64,000 nt of DNA from Rubripirellula sp. (GTDB lineage Bacteria > Planctomycetota > Planctomycetia > Pirellulales > Pirellulaceae), in contig OZ244207.1 of the NCBI GenBank assembly GCA_965216875.1, positions 1,440,001-1,504,000 on the forward strand, given 5' to 3'. The number at the start of each line of letters is the position of its first letter. Positions within the stretch are counted from its first letter, which is position 1. The translations under genes and the position numbers were made by a program. The notes under the pieces were generated by a model, which was given only the letters and a program-made list of their open reading frames with translations, was not told where the DNA came from and did not search any database. Positions 10,557 through 21,106 of the stretch are shown one piece after another.

Positions 10557-12008
10557 ATGGCACACACAATCGTGATTTTCGGTGCGTCTGGTGACCTGAC
10601 CAGCCGGAAGTTGATCCCCGCCCTTTACCGTCTTTTCATCAAGGGACGGCTTCCCGAGGGATCCCGGATTGTGGGTGTCTCACGAAGCGCTTACGAGCAT
10701 CAGCAATGGCGTGATTCGCTTCGCGAAACCACCGCGAAGTTCAGCGGCGATGCGTTTGACAACGCTTCGTGGGACCGATTCAGCGAAAACATCTACTACC
10801 AACCGGGTGACATTAAAGCGCCCGAGGACTTCAAGAAGCTGGCTGAATTCCTTGAGGGAATTGAGACCGAAGCGAGCGCTGGGCGCGTTTACTATCTCTC
10901 GACCATGCCTCAGCTGTACGAGGAGGCGATCAAGCAGCTTGGTGCAGCGGGGCTCGCTGATGACTGCAACGGATATCGCCGGGTCATCATCGAAAAACCA
11001 TTCGGCACGGACCTGAAAACGGCCCAAGCGTTGAATCAGTCGATTCACACGGTATTCCGCGAAGATCAGATCTACCGTATCGACCACTATTTGGGCAAAG
11101 AAACGGTTCAGAACATCTTTGCATTGCGGTTTGCCAACAGCATTTTTGAGCCGATTTGGAACCGCAACTTCGTCGATCACGTCCAGATCACGGTTGCCGA
11201 AGAAGTCGAAATCGGCCGCCGTGCAGGCTATTACGATACGTCGGGAATCCTGCGAGATATGTTCCAAAACCACATCTTGCAATTGATGATGATTACCGCG
11301 ATGGAGCCGCCCGCCCGGTACGACGCATCGTTGGTTCGGGACGAGAAGGTGAAGGTGCTGCACAGCATTCGCCAGATGACCGGCGGCGATTTCGCCTCGG
11401 ACACCGTTCGCGGCCAATACGCAGGCTACCTTGAAGAGGAAGGGGTGCCGGAGGGAAGCGAGACCGCGACGTTCGCAATCTTGAAGTTGTATTGTGACAA
11501 CTGGCGTTGGCAGGGTGTTCCGTTCTACCTGCGAAGCGGCAAGGGGATGTCTTGTCGGACGACGCAAATCGTCATTCAGTTCAAGCAGGTTCCGCATCTC
11601 TTGTTTGCCGACCGCGCTCAGGAACCGCTCGGCAATCGGCTGGTGATTCAGGTTCAGCCCGCCGAAGGCATTCAAATGCACTTCGAAACCAAGGTGCCCG
11701 ATTCAGGAATGGACACGCGAACGAGTACGCTCGACTTTTCGTTCCAAACCTCATCGGGCGAATCGATGCCGGATGCCTACCAACGTCTGCTGCTCGATTC
11801 GATGCAAGGTGACGCGAGCTTGTTCGCCCGTAGCGACGAAGTCGAATTGGCCTGGGGAATCATTGACCCGATCATCGCCGCCTGGCGAAGCCCAGCCGCT
11901 CCGTCGTTGTTTCAATACCAATCGGGCTTGTGGGGACCGACTGAGGCAACGGATTGGATGCGTCAGCAAGGTCGTGAATGGTTCGACGTCTGCCCAGTGA
12001 TTCGTTAG
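10557..12008 (+). CDS. zwf: Glucose-6-phosphate 1-dehydrogenase
   Basis: GASGDL, EKPFG, RIDHYLGKE, RDMFQNH, RWQGVPFYLRSGK; RBS GAGG. Confidence 0.98.
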   Translation: MAHTIVIFGASGDLTSRKLIPALYRLFIKGRLPEGSRIVGVSRSAYEHQQWRDSLRETTAKFSGDAFDNASWDRFSENIYYQPGDIKAPEDFKKLAEFLEGIETEASAGRVYYLSTMPQLYEEAIKQLGAAGLADDCNGYRRVIIEKPFGTDLKTAQALNQSIHTVFREDQIYRIDHYLGKETVQNIFALRFANSIFEPIWNRNFVDHVQITVAEEVEIGRRAGYYDTSGILRDMFQNHILQLMMITAMEPPARYDASLVRDEKVKVLHSIRQMTGGDFASDTVRGQYAGYLEEEGVPEGSETATFAILKLYCDNWRWQGVPFYLRSGKGMSCRTTQIVIQFKQVPHLLFADRAQEPLGNRLVIQVQPAEGIQMHFETKVPDSGMDTRTSTLDFSFQTSSGESMPDAYQRLLLDSMQGDASLFARSDEVELAWGIIDPIIAAWRSPAAPSLFQYQSGLWGPTEATDWMRQQGREWFDVCPVIR

Positions 12009-12105
12009 GGCGTCGTGATTTCTTGTTCGGTGTGTGCACGCATCGCCGCGAAATTGGTGCGTGCAAGCACACACCCTACGCACGCACCGATGGAATCCGC
12101 TTGCT

Positions 12106-13557
12106 TCAGAAATCTCGGAACGGCCCTCTCGGGTCAGCGTTCTCCATCTCGGCGAGCCAATCGTCGTAGCGAGATTTGACCATCTTCAGCACTTCGGGGC
12201 GTTCCTTTGACAAGTCATTGGTTTCGCCGATGTCATTGTCGAGGTCAAACAGGCCGCCCGACTCGCCCATGGAAACCCATTTCCAGTTTCGCACGCGTGC
12301 GCCGAGTTGATCTTTGCGTTTCCAGAACATCTCGTCGCGCGGTGACTCGGTTTTTCCACGCAGCGTCGACCACCAATCGTAGCCATCAAGCACGACGTCG
12401 GCACGTGTCAGCGAACCGGTTGCAGCGGCAAAGCTGGGGAAGAGTTCGAGGCTCGAAAGGAATGCGTCGTTGACCGCGCCGGCAGGAATTTGACCGGCTG
12501 GCCAACGAATGATGCAGGGCACGCGGACGCCGCCCTCCCAGGTTTGTCCTTTGCGTCCGTGCAACGGCGTGTTGTCTGCTCCGCCGCTGCCGCCGTTATC
12601 AGAAAAGAAAACAACGATCGTGTTTTCCAGTTCGCCTTTCTTCTCAAGTGCATCAAGCATCTTGCCAATCGCCGCATCCATGCACGTCACAGCCGCGCGG
12701 TAATCACGTTTCTTAGCTTGCGAAGTGACGACCTTTGCGTTCTCGGCGTACCTAAACTTGTTCACTGTTCGGTATTCAGGGGATACGTCTGGGTACATCT
12801 TTTTGAATTCGTCAGGAGCCTGGACGGTGGATCGTATCTCTGGTTCCAGAGCCGACGAACCGTGCGGCGCATTGAAGGGAACGTACAAAAAGAATGGCGA
12901 AGTCCCGGCGTGGTTTTCGATGAACTTCAACGCCTCACGCTGAAACAAGTAAGTGCAATACGTTCCTTTGTCGGCTTCCGTTTGATTGAAGCCTCGATAC
13001 ATGCTCGGCACGCCGTAACGCTCATGCGTGTAGTAGTCGATGCCGGTATTGACGAAACCGTAAAACTCATCGAAGCCACGTGAGGTTGGCAAAAAACGTC
13101 TCAGCGTCCCCAGGTCCCACTTGCCGAAGATTCCACTGACGTATCCTTCGCGTTTGAGCATGCGTGGGAGGATCACTTCGCGTAAGTCCATTCCGCCGAT
13201 ACGCTCGAACGATACCTGGTATTCAGCGTGCGAGTACTTGTGGCCATAGTCGGGCGCTTCGTTCCGGATCATGTCATAGATCCCGTTTCGCTGCGGGTAG
13301 CGCCCGGTAAGGAGTGATGCCCGTGATGGCGTGCATGCAGGCCATGCGACGTAAAAGTTGGTCAGTCGCGTTCCCTCATTGGCGAGGCGATCGAGTGCCG
13401 GGGTGATGATTCCATTGCCAAGCACGCCAAGGTCGTTGTAGCCCTGGTCATCGGAAACAATCAACAAGATGTTCGGCTTGTCGGCAGCGAGGGACGCTTG
13501 GCTGAAGCATGCCGAAGCAATGATCGTGAAAGCAAAGATCAGTCGAGGTAGGTTCAT
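12106..13557 (-). CDS. Sulfatase, secreted
   Basis: KPNILLIVSDD, CTPSR, GKWDLG, SDNGG; start MNLPRL with signal peptide. Confidence 0.94.
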   Translation of the reverse strand: MNLPRLIFAFTIIASACFSQASLAADKPNILLIVSDDQGYNDLGVLGNGIITPALDRLANEGTRLTNFYVAWPACTPSRASLLTGRYPQRNGIYDMIRNEAPDYGHKYSHAEYQVSFERIGGMDLREVILPRMLKREGYVSGIFGKWDLGTLRRFLPTSRGFDEFYGFVNTGIDYYTHERYGVPSMYRGFNQTEADKGTYCTYLFQREALKFIENHAGTSPFFLYVPFNAPHGSSALEPEIRSTVQAPDEFKKMYPDVSPEYRTVNKFRYAENAKVVTSQAKKRDYRAAVTCMDAAIGKMLDALEKKGELENTIVVFFSDNGGSGGADNTPLHGRKGQTWEGGVRVPCIIRWPAGQIPAGAVNDAFLSSLELFPSFAAATGSLTRADVVLDGYDWWSTLRGKTESPRDEMFWKRKDQLGARVRNWKWVSMGESGGLFDLDNDIGETNDLSKERPEVLKMVKSRYDDWLAEMENADPRGPFRDF

Positions 13558-13587
13558 GTCAGTCGTTGCTGTGGTGAGGGAGTTGCC

Positions 13588-13664
13588 GTAGCTACCTTCG
13601 CCAGGAGGTGGTTCCATCGGTGGGCCGTTTTTCAAGATTTCCACGCTCTGGCGGGCGTAGTTAC
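13588..13664. repeat. REP-like family A inverted pair (GTAGCTAC-cttcgccag)
   Basis: GTAGCTACCTTCGCCAGGAGGTGG ... CCACGCTCTGGCGGGCGTAGTTAC; the same unit recurs at 43832-44033 and 54111-54186. Confidence 0.85.
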
Positions 13665-13665
13665 A

Positions 13666-13694
13666 GGCCCGACGCTAGCGCGTTCGGCTCATGG
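13666..13694. repeat. Palindromic repeat family C
   Basis: GGCCCGACGCTAGCGCGTTCGGCTCATGG; its reverse complement matches 47145-47173 with one mismatch. Confidence 0.8.
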
Positions 13695-13710
13695 ATTGAT
13701 TCAAGCGTGG

Positions 13711-14619
13711 CTACGGGGCCCAGCCCTTCGTTTTTGTCTTTCGCCGATAGATTTTGTCGCCGGCGGCGACGTAAAGGTATGACAAACCTTCGCCCGCAAA
13801 AGCGACGCTGACGATCGGCTGGTCGCTCGGCTTTGCGATCACGCCGCCCATACGCCCGGTCGGATCAAACATTTGAATCCCAACGGCTGTGGTGACGTAG
13901 TACCGTCCGACTGCGTCTGTCGTCATTCCATCACCCTTGCTTGGCGCATCCGGGGCGGGAGTCCTTAGCGTGATGTAGGGCTGACGGAAACTCAGTGCCC
14001 CTGATGATTCGATGCGCCACACCCAGGTGTGCTTGCCGCCATGGTCGGAGACAGCGAGTGTTCCAAAGTCGGGCGTCAGCGCGATGCCGTTTGGCCGAAT
14101 CGGTCCCTGGTATTCTCCGCTTTCTGATTTCTCTGATAGGGAGGCAACCGAAACCGTTCCCGTTGGCGAGACACGTACGACGCGCTTTTTGGGCGTTTCG
14201 GTGAAATAGATGTCGCCGCTGGGGGCCGCAACCAGATCATTGGGGCGAAAGCCTTCAGCGAGTGTGGTCGCTGTGCCTGATTCCAATTCGATCGACAGGA
14301 TGCGACCAAAATCACCGCCTTGGCAGGCGTAGAGCTTTCCGTTGCTTCCCAAATGCAGCCCACTGATTCGGGGAACGTCAACGACAACATCTGCGATTTT
14401 TCCAGCGGGTGTTATTCGGTGGATCGTTGTGCCACCGAGGACATCGGCAAAGTAGAGGTTTCCTGCTTTGTCGACCGCCAGGCCATCGGTAAAGCGATGT
14501 CCTTCTGAGACAACTTGCCAATTCTCGCCATCGACAAGGACTTGGCTAAGGGGCATGTCTTGGGCGAAGGAAGCGTGGGCGATCAACCCGATCAGGAACA
14601 CGAACGCAAAACGGTTCAC
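13711..14619 (-). CDS. SMP-30/gluconolactonase family beta-propeller
   Basis: [27 protein letters not shown] start overlapping the upstream stop. Confidence 0.88.
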   Translation of the reverse strand: MNRFAFVFLIGLIAHASFAQDMPLSQVLVDGENWQVVSEGHRFTDGLAVDKAGNLYFADVLGGTTIHRITPAGKIADVVVDVPRISGLHLGSNGKLYACQGGDFGRILSIELESGTATTLAEGFRPNDLVAAPSGDIYFTETPKKRVVRVSPTGTVSVASLSEKSESGEYQGPIRPNGIALTPDFGTLAVSDHGGKHTWVWRIESSGALSFRQPYITLRTPAPDAPSKGDGMTTDAVGRYYVTTAVGIQMFDPTGRMGGVIAKPSDQPIVSVAFAGEGLSYLYVAAGDKIYRRKTKTKGWAP

Positions 14620-15506
14620 TTGGCAGCTCCTTTTTTCACGCCGGGGTAATCCCGCCAAAGCCATCGCAACATGTCGGGCAAGAGCGCTCCGCCATGTTGG
14701 CCATTGTGCCCGCCATCGCCCATTTCAAAACGATAGTCATAGTTTGCGAATTTGAGCGCGGCAGCCATCTGGCGGTTGGCCAGCGGCCAACTTCCATGCA
14801 GATTGTCGAGGTCGTTTTCACCATCCTGCAGGAAGACGCGAATCGGTTTCTTCTCGGTCTTGCGAATCAATGCTGGATAGACGTGCCCGCCGCGAATATT
14901 CGTGAAGCTGCCGACATAGCTGATCACCTTTCGAAACGCATCGGGCCGTTCCCATGCGACGGTAAAAGCGCAGATCCCACCCGAGCTGATCCCACAAATG
15001 GCTCGGCCTTGAACGTCGTCGGTCAGGTTGTAGTCCTTGCCGACGGCGGGCAAGATTTCATCGATCAGAAAGCGGGCATATTGGTCGCTGAGTGTGTCGT
15101 ATTCGAAGCTTCGGTTCTTGCGAGGCTTGCCACCCTCTTTCGCTGGTGGAACGACGCCGGGACTGATAAAGATCCCAATGGTGACTGGCATCTCACCACG
15201 ATGGATCAAGTTGTCAAAAACGATCGGCACGCGGCTGTGACCCTTTTCGCTCACGTACCACTGGCCATCCTGAAACACCATCACGCAGGCCGGTTTTTCG
15301 GGATCGTATTGGGCCGGAACGTAAACCCAGTAGTCACGCTCTGTCCCGGGGTAGACCTTGCTCTCGGTCCAGCGGTGTTGGGTGACTTTCCCCTGTGGGA
15401 CGCCGTCTTGGCGTTTTGAGTCGGCGGTCAAGGGATAGTCTGCGACAGCAGACAGATTCAAGAACAATGCGACGACCACACTTGCCGTCACGTGCAAACA
15501 CTTCAT
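14616..15506 (-). CDS. Fes-like alpha/beta hydrolase (putative esterase)
   Basis: VYVPAQY, nucleophile motif GISSGG, LQDGEND, GGH; signal peptide. Confidence 0.88.
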   Translation of the reverse strand: MKCLHVTASVVVALFLNLSAVADYPLTADSKRQDGVPQGKVTQHRWTESKVYPGTERDYWVYVPAQYDPEKPACVMVFQDGQWYVSEKGHSRVPIVFDNLIHRGEMPVTIGIFISPGVVPPAKEGGKPRKNRSFEYDTLSDQYARFLIDEILPAVGKDYNLTDDVQGRAICGISSGGICAFTVAWERPDAFRKVISYVGSFTNIRGGHVYPALIRKTEKKPIRVFLQDGENDLDNLHGSWPLANRQMAAALKFANYDYRFEMGDGGHNGQHGGALLPDMLRWLWRDYPGVKKGAAK

Positions 15507-15610
15507 CTTTTTACCTCGCTGTTGGTGGCAGCGAAGCACTATAGCTCAATCAGACGCGCGGTGTGGTCGCGGGGCACGTTGTCGTGGCCTACGTTGTCGG
15601 GGGGCACGGT

Positions 15611-16912
15611 TCACAAGAACAAACTCTCCAGTCGCTCACCCGGTTCAACTTCGAGGGGGAAGCGTTCCGAAAACTCGTGTGTTTCAATTCCGGCAAACCG
15701 GCGCAGCGCGTCGTGGATGTGTTCGGGGCGAACACGAATGCCGCTCTCGCTGTCGGTTTCGAGTGTATCGGGCTTGATTGGCACCAGGAACTGTCCCTGG
15801 TCGGTGGCGCCGACGACGCGATCGCCAACAATTCCGCTTCCCAGGAACATGATGGACCCAACAGACCAGTGGTCTTTGCCGTTTCCTTTGTTGTAGTAGG
15901 GAGTTCGCCCCATTTCGCTCTGAATGACAACGACGAGTTTGTCGCGGAGATGCAGTTCTTCTGCTCGTCGCAGCAGATAGTCGACGCCAGCGAGAAACTC
16001 GGGAATCAACTTCATTTGGTCGCGATCGTTGTTGGCGTGACTATCGAATTGGCCGATAGTGAAGTTCGCCGAAACACAGACTCCCGCTTTGAAAGATGCG
16101 AGCGCAATGTCGGCTTGCCGTCCAAGACGCGTCTTGACGGGCTTGGGGGGAACAAACTCGGTGACGCGTTCCAAAGCTTTGGAATTGGCTTGAGCTGCAT
16201 AGAGCATGCTTTGTGAACGTTCGACACGTGGCAATCGCAAAGAGTCGACACGTGCTTGCATCTGGTCTGCGAGCGCCCGTTCAATGCGATCGTTGACGAA
16301 GTCGTCGTGATAGTTCCAGTCCGAGCGTCCTTCGACGCCGTCGGCGTTTGCGAGTCGGTTGAGAGAGTTCAGGTAAGGTACCCGTGACATCGGGACCAAG
16401 TTGCCAGTAGCGGAGTAGTTGCCAAAGGTGAGAAACGACAGCGGGACTCCACCGCCCTGGCAAGCTGCGACAAGTGCGGCAAACGTAGGGTAGGCGAGAC
16501 TATCGAGTTTGCCGGTCGCCATGTACCTGGAACAAGGCGAATGATTGTTTACCGAATAGTCGAGTCCGTTGAGCACGAGAAGGTCGTTGCCGTACCTTTC
16601 GAAAAACGACTCATTGGAAAGGCCATCGGCGAGATGCTTCTGCGTTGGCGCAAACGTGTGGTTCCCATGTGTTTGAATGTCAGCCTCGCGATAGAGCCGG
16701 TTGATCTCTTCGTTTCCTTTGGGATCCATGAGGTACGTGGTGTCCCAACCACCTGATGCATTGAAGACCGCATAGTAAGGCCCCTCGTAGCTGGGTAACT
16801 CTTGCGCCTTCTTGGCTGGATCCACGGCGCGCAAAAGGGTCTGCGCCGAAATCGGAATGGAGAAACCGAGCCCGGAAGCGGCGCAGGTTGCTAGGAAATC
16901 GCGTCGTCGCAT
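15611..16912 (-). CDS. DUF1501 domain protein, TAT-exported
   Basis: MRRRDFL twin-arginine signal, GGWD, FDSH, SEMGRTP, GKDHW. Confidence 0.88.
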   Translation of the reverse strand: MRRRDFLATCAASGLGFSIPISAQTLLRAVDPAKKAQELPSYEGPYYAVFNASGGWDTTYLMDPKGNEEINRLYREADIQTHGNHTFAPTQKHLADGLSNESFFERYGNDLLVLNGLDYSVNNHSPCSRYMATGKLDSLAYPTFAALVAACQGGGVPLSFLTFGNYSATGNLVPMSRVPYLNSLNRLANADGVEGRSDWNYHDDFVNDRIERALADQMQARVDSLRLPRVERSQSMLYAAQANSKALERVTEFVPPKPVKTRLGRQADIALASFKAGVCVSANFTIGQFDSHANNDRDQMKLIPEFLAGVDYLLRRAEELHLRDKLVVVIQSEMGRTPYYNKGNGKDHWSVGSIMFLGSGIVGDRVVGATDQGQFLVPIKPDTLETDSESGIRVRPEHIHDALRRFAGIETHEFSERFPLEVEPGERLESLFL

Positions 16913-16922
16913 TCCCACGGTC

Positions 16923-19319
16923 CTATTCGTATAAGAATGAATGTTGCCGCAACAAATAGGTCACGACCGCTCGCCACGCGCGAAGGGTGTAGTGCGGGTC
17001 GGGATCAGGTGGCGAGGTATCCTTTTCCGTTTGGCACGAGTAGTGTTCACGAGGGCTGATTCCCTCGCGCGACTTCGCATCCTCAACGATCCCGACAAAA
17101 AGTGTGAACGTTCGCTCAACTTCGGGTGCATCCAAGCTCGCTTCCGTCCCAAGCACCAAGTGGTGTAGGTGCACTATCGCTTGGCGGATGGCTTGGTCCG
17201 CTTGGGGGCTGGCACCAGGGACGACGTCGGGCTCAATTTCGGGAAACAATCGCCGCTGCTGGGGTGGAAGCGAAAAGTCATGAGCGACGTGGCGACAAGA
17301 GATTTCGTTCGCCAAGATGCGTTGGATGGCTCCCATAGCGCCGCTCGGATCGAGGTTGCGCTCGGTGACTTCTTTCGAATCGATGCCACCGTAAAGAATG
17401 TTCAACTTTGCTTCGCGATCGGTCAGCCGATTCCAAGATTTGCCGTTCCTCGATCCGAAGATGGCGTGGATTTTGCGTTCGAGTTGCTCGGGAGACAGTA
17501 GCCGGACCACACCCAAGTCATCAAGTTCGGCGATCCGCTGGGCGTCGATTGACCCAGTTGAGATCCCGTCAACGCGGTACAGTTTGGATAGAGCAAGCTC
17601 TTCAAATGCGATTCGCAAATTGAATTGACCTTCGATCAATTTGCTCGCCACTCGCTCCATTTCGTCGCGTTGCACTTGGTACGCACGCCGCTTGGCGTCA
17701 AAGAGCGGGTCATCGATATCATCCGGAGGCAATGGCGGGCGTCGACCAGTCAGCGTGTACCAAACATGCGACACCATGGCAGTTGCAAATCTCGGATCGG
17801 CCGCGGTTCGTTCGCCAAGCCATTGCACGCTGCGCCATCGCTCTGCTTCGGGAAGTCGTTCGTCTTTCCAGCCAGCGGCAAAGATGTCTTTGTACCAACC
17901 CTCTTTGCGCGGGCCAAAAATGCCCTGCCCATCAACCATGTAGTAGTCCTGATAAAGGCCGGCGATGGGGTCGATGACTTTGTGGCAGACCACACAATCG
18001 GATGCCTGCATGGTCGGCACTTCATATTGAGCGGTGACGGCGGCCGCGTCATTGACTCGTGGCGCCAATTCCATAACGTCGATCCCCAAGAAGTGCAGGA
18101 AAACCATTCGCACTCGTAGGCGATTGCGATTGGTTTCGGTGGTTGGGTAGCGTTTGAGGTATTGAAAGGAGGTCAACAACCCCGAGTGTGGGTAGTCGCC
18201 CGTTTTTGACTCCTGTTGACGACCGCTTCGATCGACCAAGGCGGGAAGGGTGACCGGGATAAACTCGAACGGATCGTCCGGGTCTTTGAATTGGTCCTTC
18301 AATTCCTCGAACATTCCGTAGCCGCGAGCTGTGTAGGGAGACAGCATGGTGTAGTTCGCGGTGACCAGTTCAGTGATGGGTCGCTGGTTGCGAACAAGAT
18401 ACGAAACCAGTTCGGTTGGTTCGCGGCGCATCGCTTCGCGATAGTCGTTGACCCGCTTGTAATGTTCTTTCATCAATGGGTGCGAGTATTTGAGACGTTC
18501 GTCTCCCTTCCGCCCCTTATTGGGATCGAGCTCCTGGTACCAAAGCCGTGACTTGAAATGCTCATAGGAAAGTGCACCTTCGGCGACGCCGTCGTAACCA
18601 CGTGTCAGCAAGATGTCGTTGAAAGACTCGCTTAGTCGCTCATAAAACGCATCCTCATCCATCACACCGCGAAGCACCTCGCGAACGGCATCAAGTCCAC
18701 GTTGAGTCACCGCGTCTTGTTCTTCAGGTGTGGGCAGGCGGCCAGCAAGAGAAAGGGTCAATCGTCGAAGCAGCCGCTTCGGTGGCGACATCTCAACGCC
18801 ATCAAAGAAATCGGATGTGTCGATCGGGTCGTTTCGTTCGTCGATTTGCGTCCGCTGGTCGAGTCGCGATCGAAACCGTTTCAGAACTTTCCAGCCGGTC
18901 GATTGGGGCTCGAGGACTTGGCCACCGCCATGGTCGACATCGCCAAGGACTTTTTGTAGCAGCAGCGACGCTCCGTCGTTTTCTTTGAGCGCAACACGCG
19001 CGAACTGTGCGCGATTGTGGCGGTGCGATTCGTCTCGCGACCTCCAGTCCTCGGAAGGGTCGCGGAGGACAAACCCCGACTCGGCTGCATCACCACCAGC
19101 CTGATGACAATTCAGACAGACGCGGTTTCCAACTTTGACCCACACTTCATCCTTGAAAAAGCGATCGACGGCCAAACAAACACGTCCCGTCAGTTGGCCT
19201 TGTGCGCGCTCAGTTGAAACTTGCTTGGTCGACACTTCGCTGCCCGGATCGGTCTGCTGGGCAACCACAGTTACCGGCAACGACAGGACGAGAACGATCA
19301 GAAGGTGGGGGCGGTTCAT
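16923..19319 (-). CDS. Planctomycete cytochrome c-type protein (PSCyt/DUF1588/DUF1592-like)
   Basis: Two CxxCH motifs (CLNCH, CVVCH), HGGG, LLRRLTLSLAGRLPT; directly upstream of the DUF1501 gene as is typical. Confidence 0.8.
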   Translation of the reverse strand: MNRPHLLIVLVLSLPVTVVAQQTDPGSEVSTKQVSTERAQGQLTGRVCLAVDRFFKDEVWVKVGNRVCLNCHQAGGDAAESGFVLRDPSEDWRSRDESHRHNRAQFARVALKENDGASLLLQKVLGDVDHGGGQVLEPQSTGWKVLKRFRSRLDQRTQIDERNDPIDTSDFFDGVEMSPPKRLLRRLTLSLAGRLPTPEEQDAVTQRGLDAVREVLRGVMDEDAFYERLSESFNDILLTRGYDGVAEGALSYEHFKSRLWYQELDPNKGRKGDERLKYSHPLMKEHYKRVNDYREAMRREPTELVSYLVRNQRPITELVTANYTMLSPYTARGYGMFEELKDQFKDPDDPFEFIPVTLPALVDRSGRQQESKTGDYPHSGLLTSFQYLKRYPTTETNRNRLRVRMVFLHFLGIDVMELAPRVNDAAAVTAQYEVPTMQASDCVVCHKVIDPIAGLYQDYYMVDGQGIFGPRKEGWYKDIFAAGWKDERLPEAERWRSVQWLGERTAADPRFATAMVSHVWYTLTGRRPPLPPDDIDDPLFDAKRRAYQVQRDEMERVASKLIEGQFNLRIAFEELALSKLYRVDGISTGSIDAQRIAELDDLGVVRLLSPEQLERKIHAIFGSRNGKSWNRLTDREAKLNILYGGIDSKEVTERNLDPSGAMGAIQRILANEISCRHVAHDFSLPPQQRRLFPEIEPDVVPGASPQADQAIRQAIVHLHHLVLGTEASLDAPEVERTFTLFVGIVEDAKSREGISPREHYSCQTEKDTSPPDPDPHYTLRAWRAVVTYLLRQHSFLYE

Positions 19320-19650
19320 GGCAAGGGGCACGCGAACGCGTTTGGGCACTCATGCATCATGGCGAGTGTGGCATCGCGGCGGGGGTGGCATCATGGTGGG
19401 TGTGGCGACAGGGAAGTATGTCACCTTAACGCCATAGCATAACGCTCCCGAACGAGTCGCATTGAATCAAAGTTCGGTTTTGTGATCTCAGCGCCGAAAC
19501 CGACTGCGAAACAGATCGATCAAAGAATCAAAACCATCGAGGGCAGCTGCGATCTGTTAAGATGCCACACCGTTTGAGGCCGTCTTCGTCCACGCCTGCA
19601 TTGGTTTTTCCACGTCCTCAACGAAGAAACGACAACCATTGAGACCGAAA

Positions 19651-21090
19651 ATGTTAAAGCTCCCACCACAGCGATCACTTGCGCCTTTGTTGTTTTTTGC
19701 ATCTGCCATCCTTTCAACATTTGCGGAAAACCGAACACTCTTCGCCGAGCAAACGCGCACACCCAACATCATTTACATCATGACCGATGATCTCGGTTAC
19801 GGTGACCTCGGTTGCTATGGGCAAGAGATTGTTCAGACCCCAAACATCGACCAAATGGCTGCCGAGGGGATGCGTTTTACGGACCATTACGCAGGGCACA
19901 CTGTCTGCCGTCCTTCGCGGCTTGTGCTCTGGACCGGTATGCACGTGGGCCACACTGGCTTGACTGGCAATCGAGCCTTTAGCATTTCCGGTACTGAAGC
20001 GACCGTGGCACGCCAATTGAAGGAAGCGGGTTACGCCACCGGTGGCGTCGGAAAGTGGGCGCTTGGCAACGTTGATGTTCCTTCAGAAATCAATAACCCA
20101 GGGCATCCAAACAACAACGGTTTTGACTACTGGTTTGGATACATGAACCAGGGCACTGCACACAATTTCTACCCGCCGTTCCTTTGGGAAAACAAAACGC
20201 AGGTCCCGTTGCCCGGCAACGTGCTGAGTACGGATCCGAAAGCGCGCGGCCGGGTGTCGAAGAGTAAGGTCACTTATTCACATGACATGATGACCGATGC
20301 GGCCTTTCGGTTCATTCGTGAAAACAAAGACAATCGCTTCTTGCTTCATATCCATTGGACGATCCCTCACGCCAACAACGAAGGCGGGCGTGTCGAGGGC
20401 GACGGTATGGAGATTCCCGACTACGGCGACTACGGAGCGAAAGAGTGGCCTAACCCCGAAAAGGGATTTGCGGCGATGGTGTCGCGGATGGACGGTGACG
20501 TTGGCAGACTCTTTCAGCTGCTCAAAGACCTTGAAATCGACAACGACACCATTGTGTTCTTTACCTCGGACAATGGTCCTCACAAAGAAGGGGGCCACGA
20601 TCACGAGTTTTTCGATTCCAACGGAAAACTCAACGGATACAAACGTTCGATGCATGACGGAGGCATTCGCGTACCAATGATCGTGCGTTGGCCAGGCAAG
20701 ATCGCTTCGGACACAACGTCGGATCATCCTTCGGCGTTTTGGGATTTCCTGGCTACCGCGTGTGACCTCGCCAAGGTGGACGCGCCCAAGAGCGATGGGA
20801 TTTCGTATTTGCCAACGCTAGTGGGCAATGCGGACGCTCAAGACAAGCACGAGTACCTTTATTGGGCGAGCCAAGAAGGTGCAACGAGCGTTGGAGTCCG
20901 CTACGGCGATTGGAAGCTGGTTCAGTACCGCGGAAAAAAGAAACGCGGTCAGCCAGCGCCCGAAAACTCGAACGACTGGCGTCTTTACGACCTTCGCGAA
21001 GACATTGGCGAGGCGAATGATGTTGCGGCAAAGCATCCCGAGATCGTGAAATTGATCAAAGGTTTACTTCGCCGCGACGGGTTGCTGTAG
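19651..21090 (+). CDS. Arylsulfatase
   Basis: PNIIYIMTDDLGYGDLG, CRPSR, GKWALG, SDNG. Confidence 0.95.
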   Translation: MLKLPPQRSLAPLLFFASAILSTFAENRTLFAEQTRTPNIIYIMTDDLGYGDLGCYGQEIVQTPNIDQMAAEGMRFTDHYAGHTVCRPSRLVLWTGMHVGHTGLTGNRAFSISGTEATVARQLKEAGYATGGVGKWALGNVDVPSEINNPGHPNNNGFDYWFGYMNQGTAHNFYPPFLWENKTQVPLPGNVLSTDPKARGRVSKSKVTYSHDMMTDAAFRFIRENKDNRFLLHIHWTIPHANNEGGRVEGDGMEIPDYGDYGAKEWPNPEKGFAAMVSRMDGDVGRLFQLLKDLEIDNDTIVFFTSDNGPHKEGGHDHEFFDSNGKLNGYKRSMHDGGIRVPMIVRWPGKIASDTTSDHPSAFWDFLATACDLAKVDAPKSDGISYLPTLVGNADAQDKHEYLYWASQEGATSVGVRYGDWKLVQYRGKKKRGQPAPENSNDWRLYDLREDIGEANDVAAKHPEIVKLIKGLLRRDGLL

Positions 21091-21106
21091 AAGTCTTTCC
21101 CTACGC

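Noticed and set aside
9676..10565. Short ORFs in the long intergenic region before zwf
   Set aside because: No recognisable motifs or RBS, mutually overlapping, and one runs through terminator-like hairpins.
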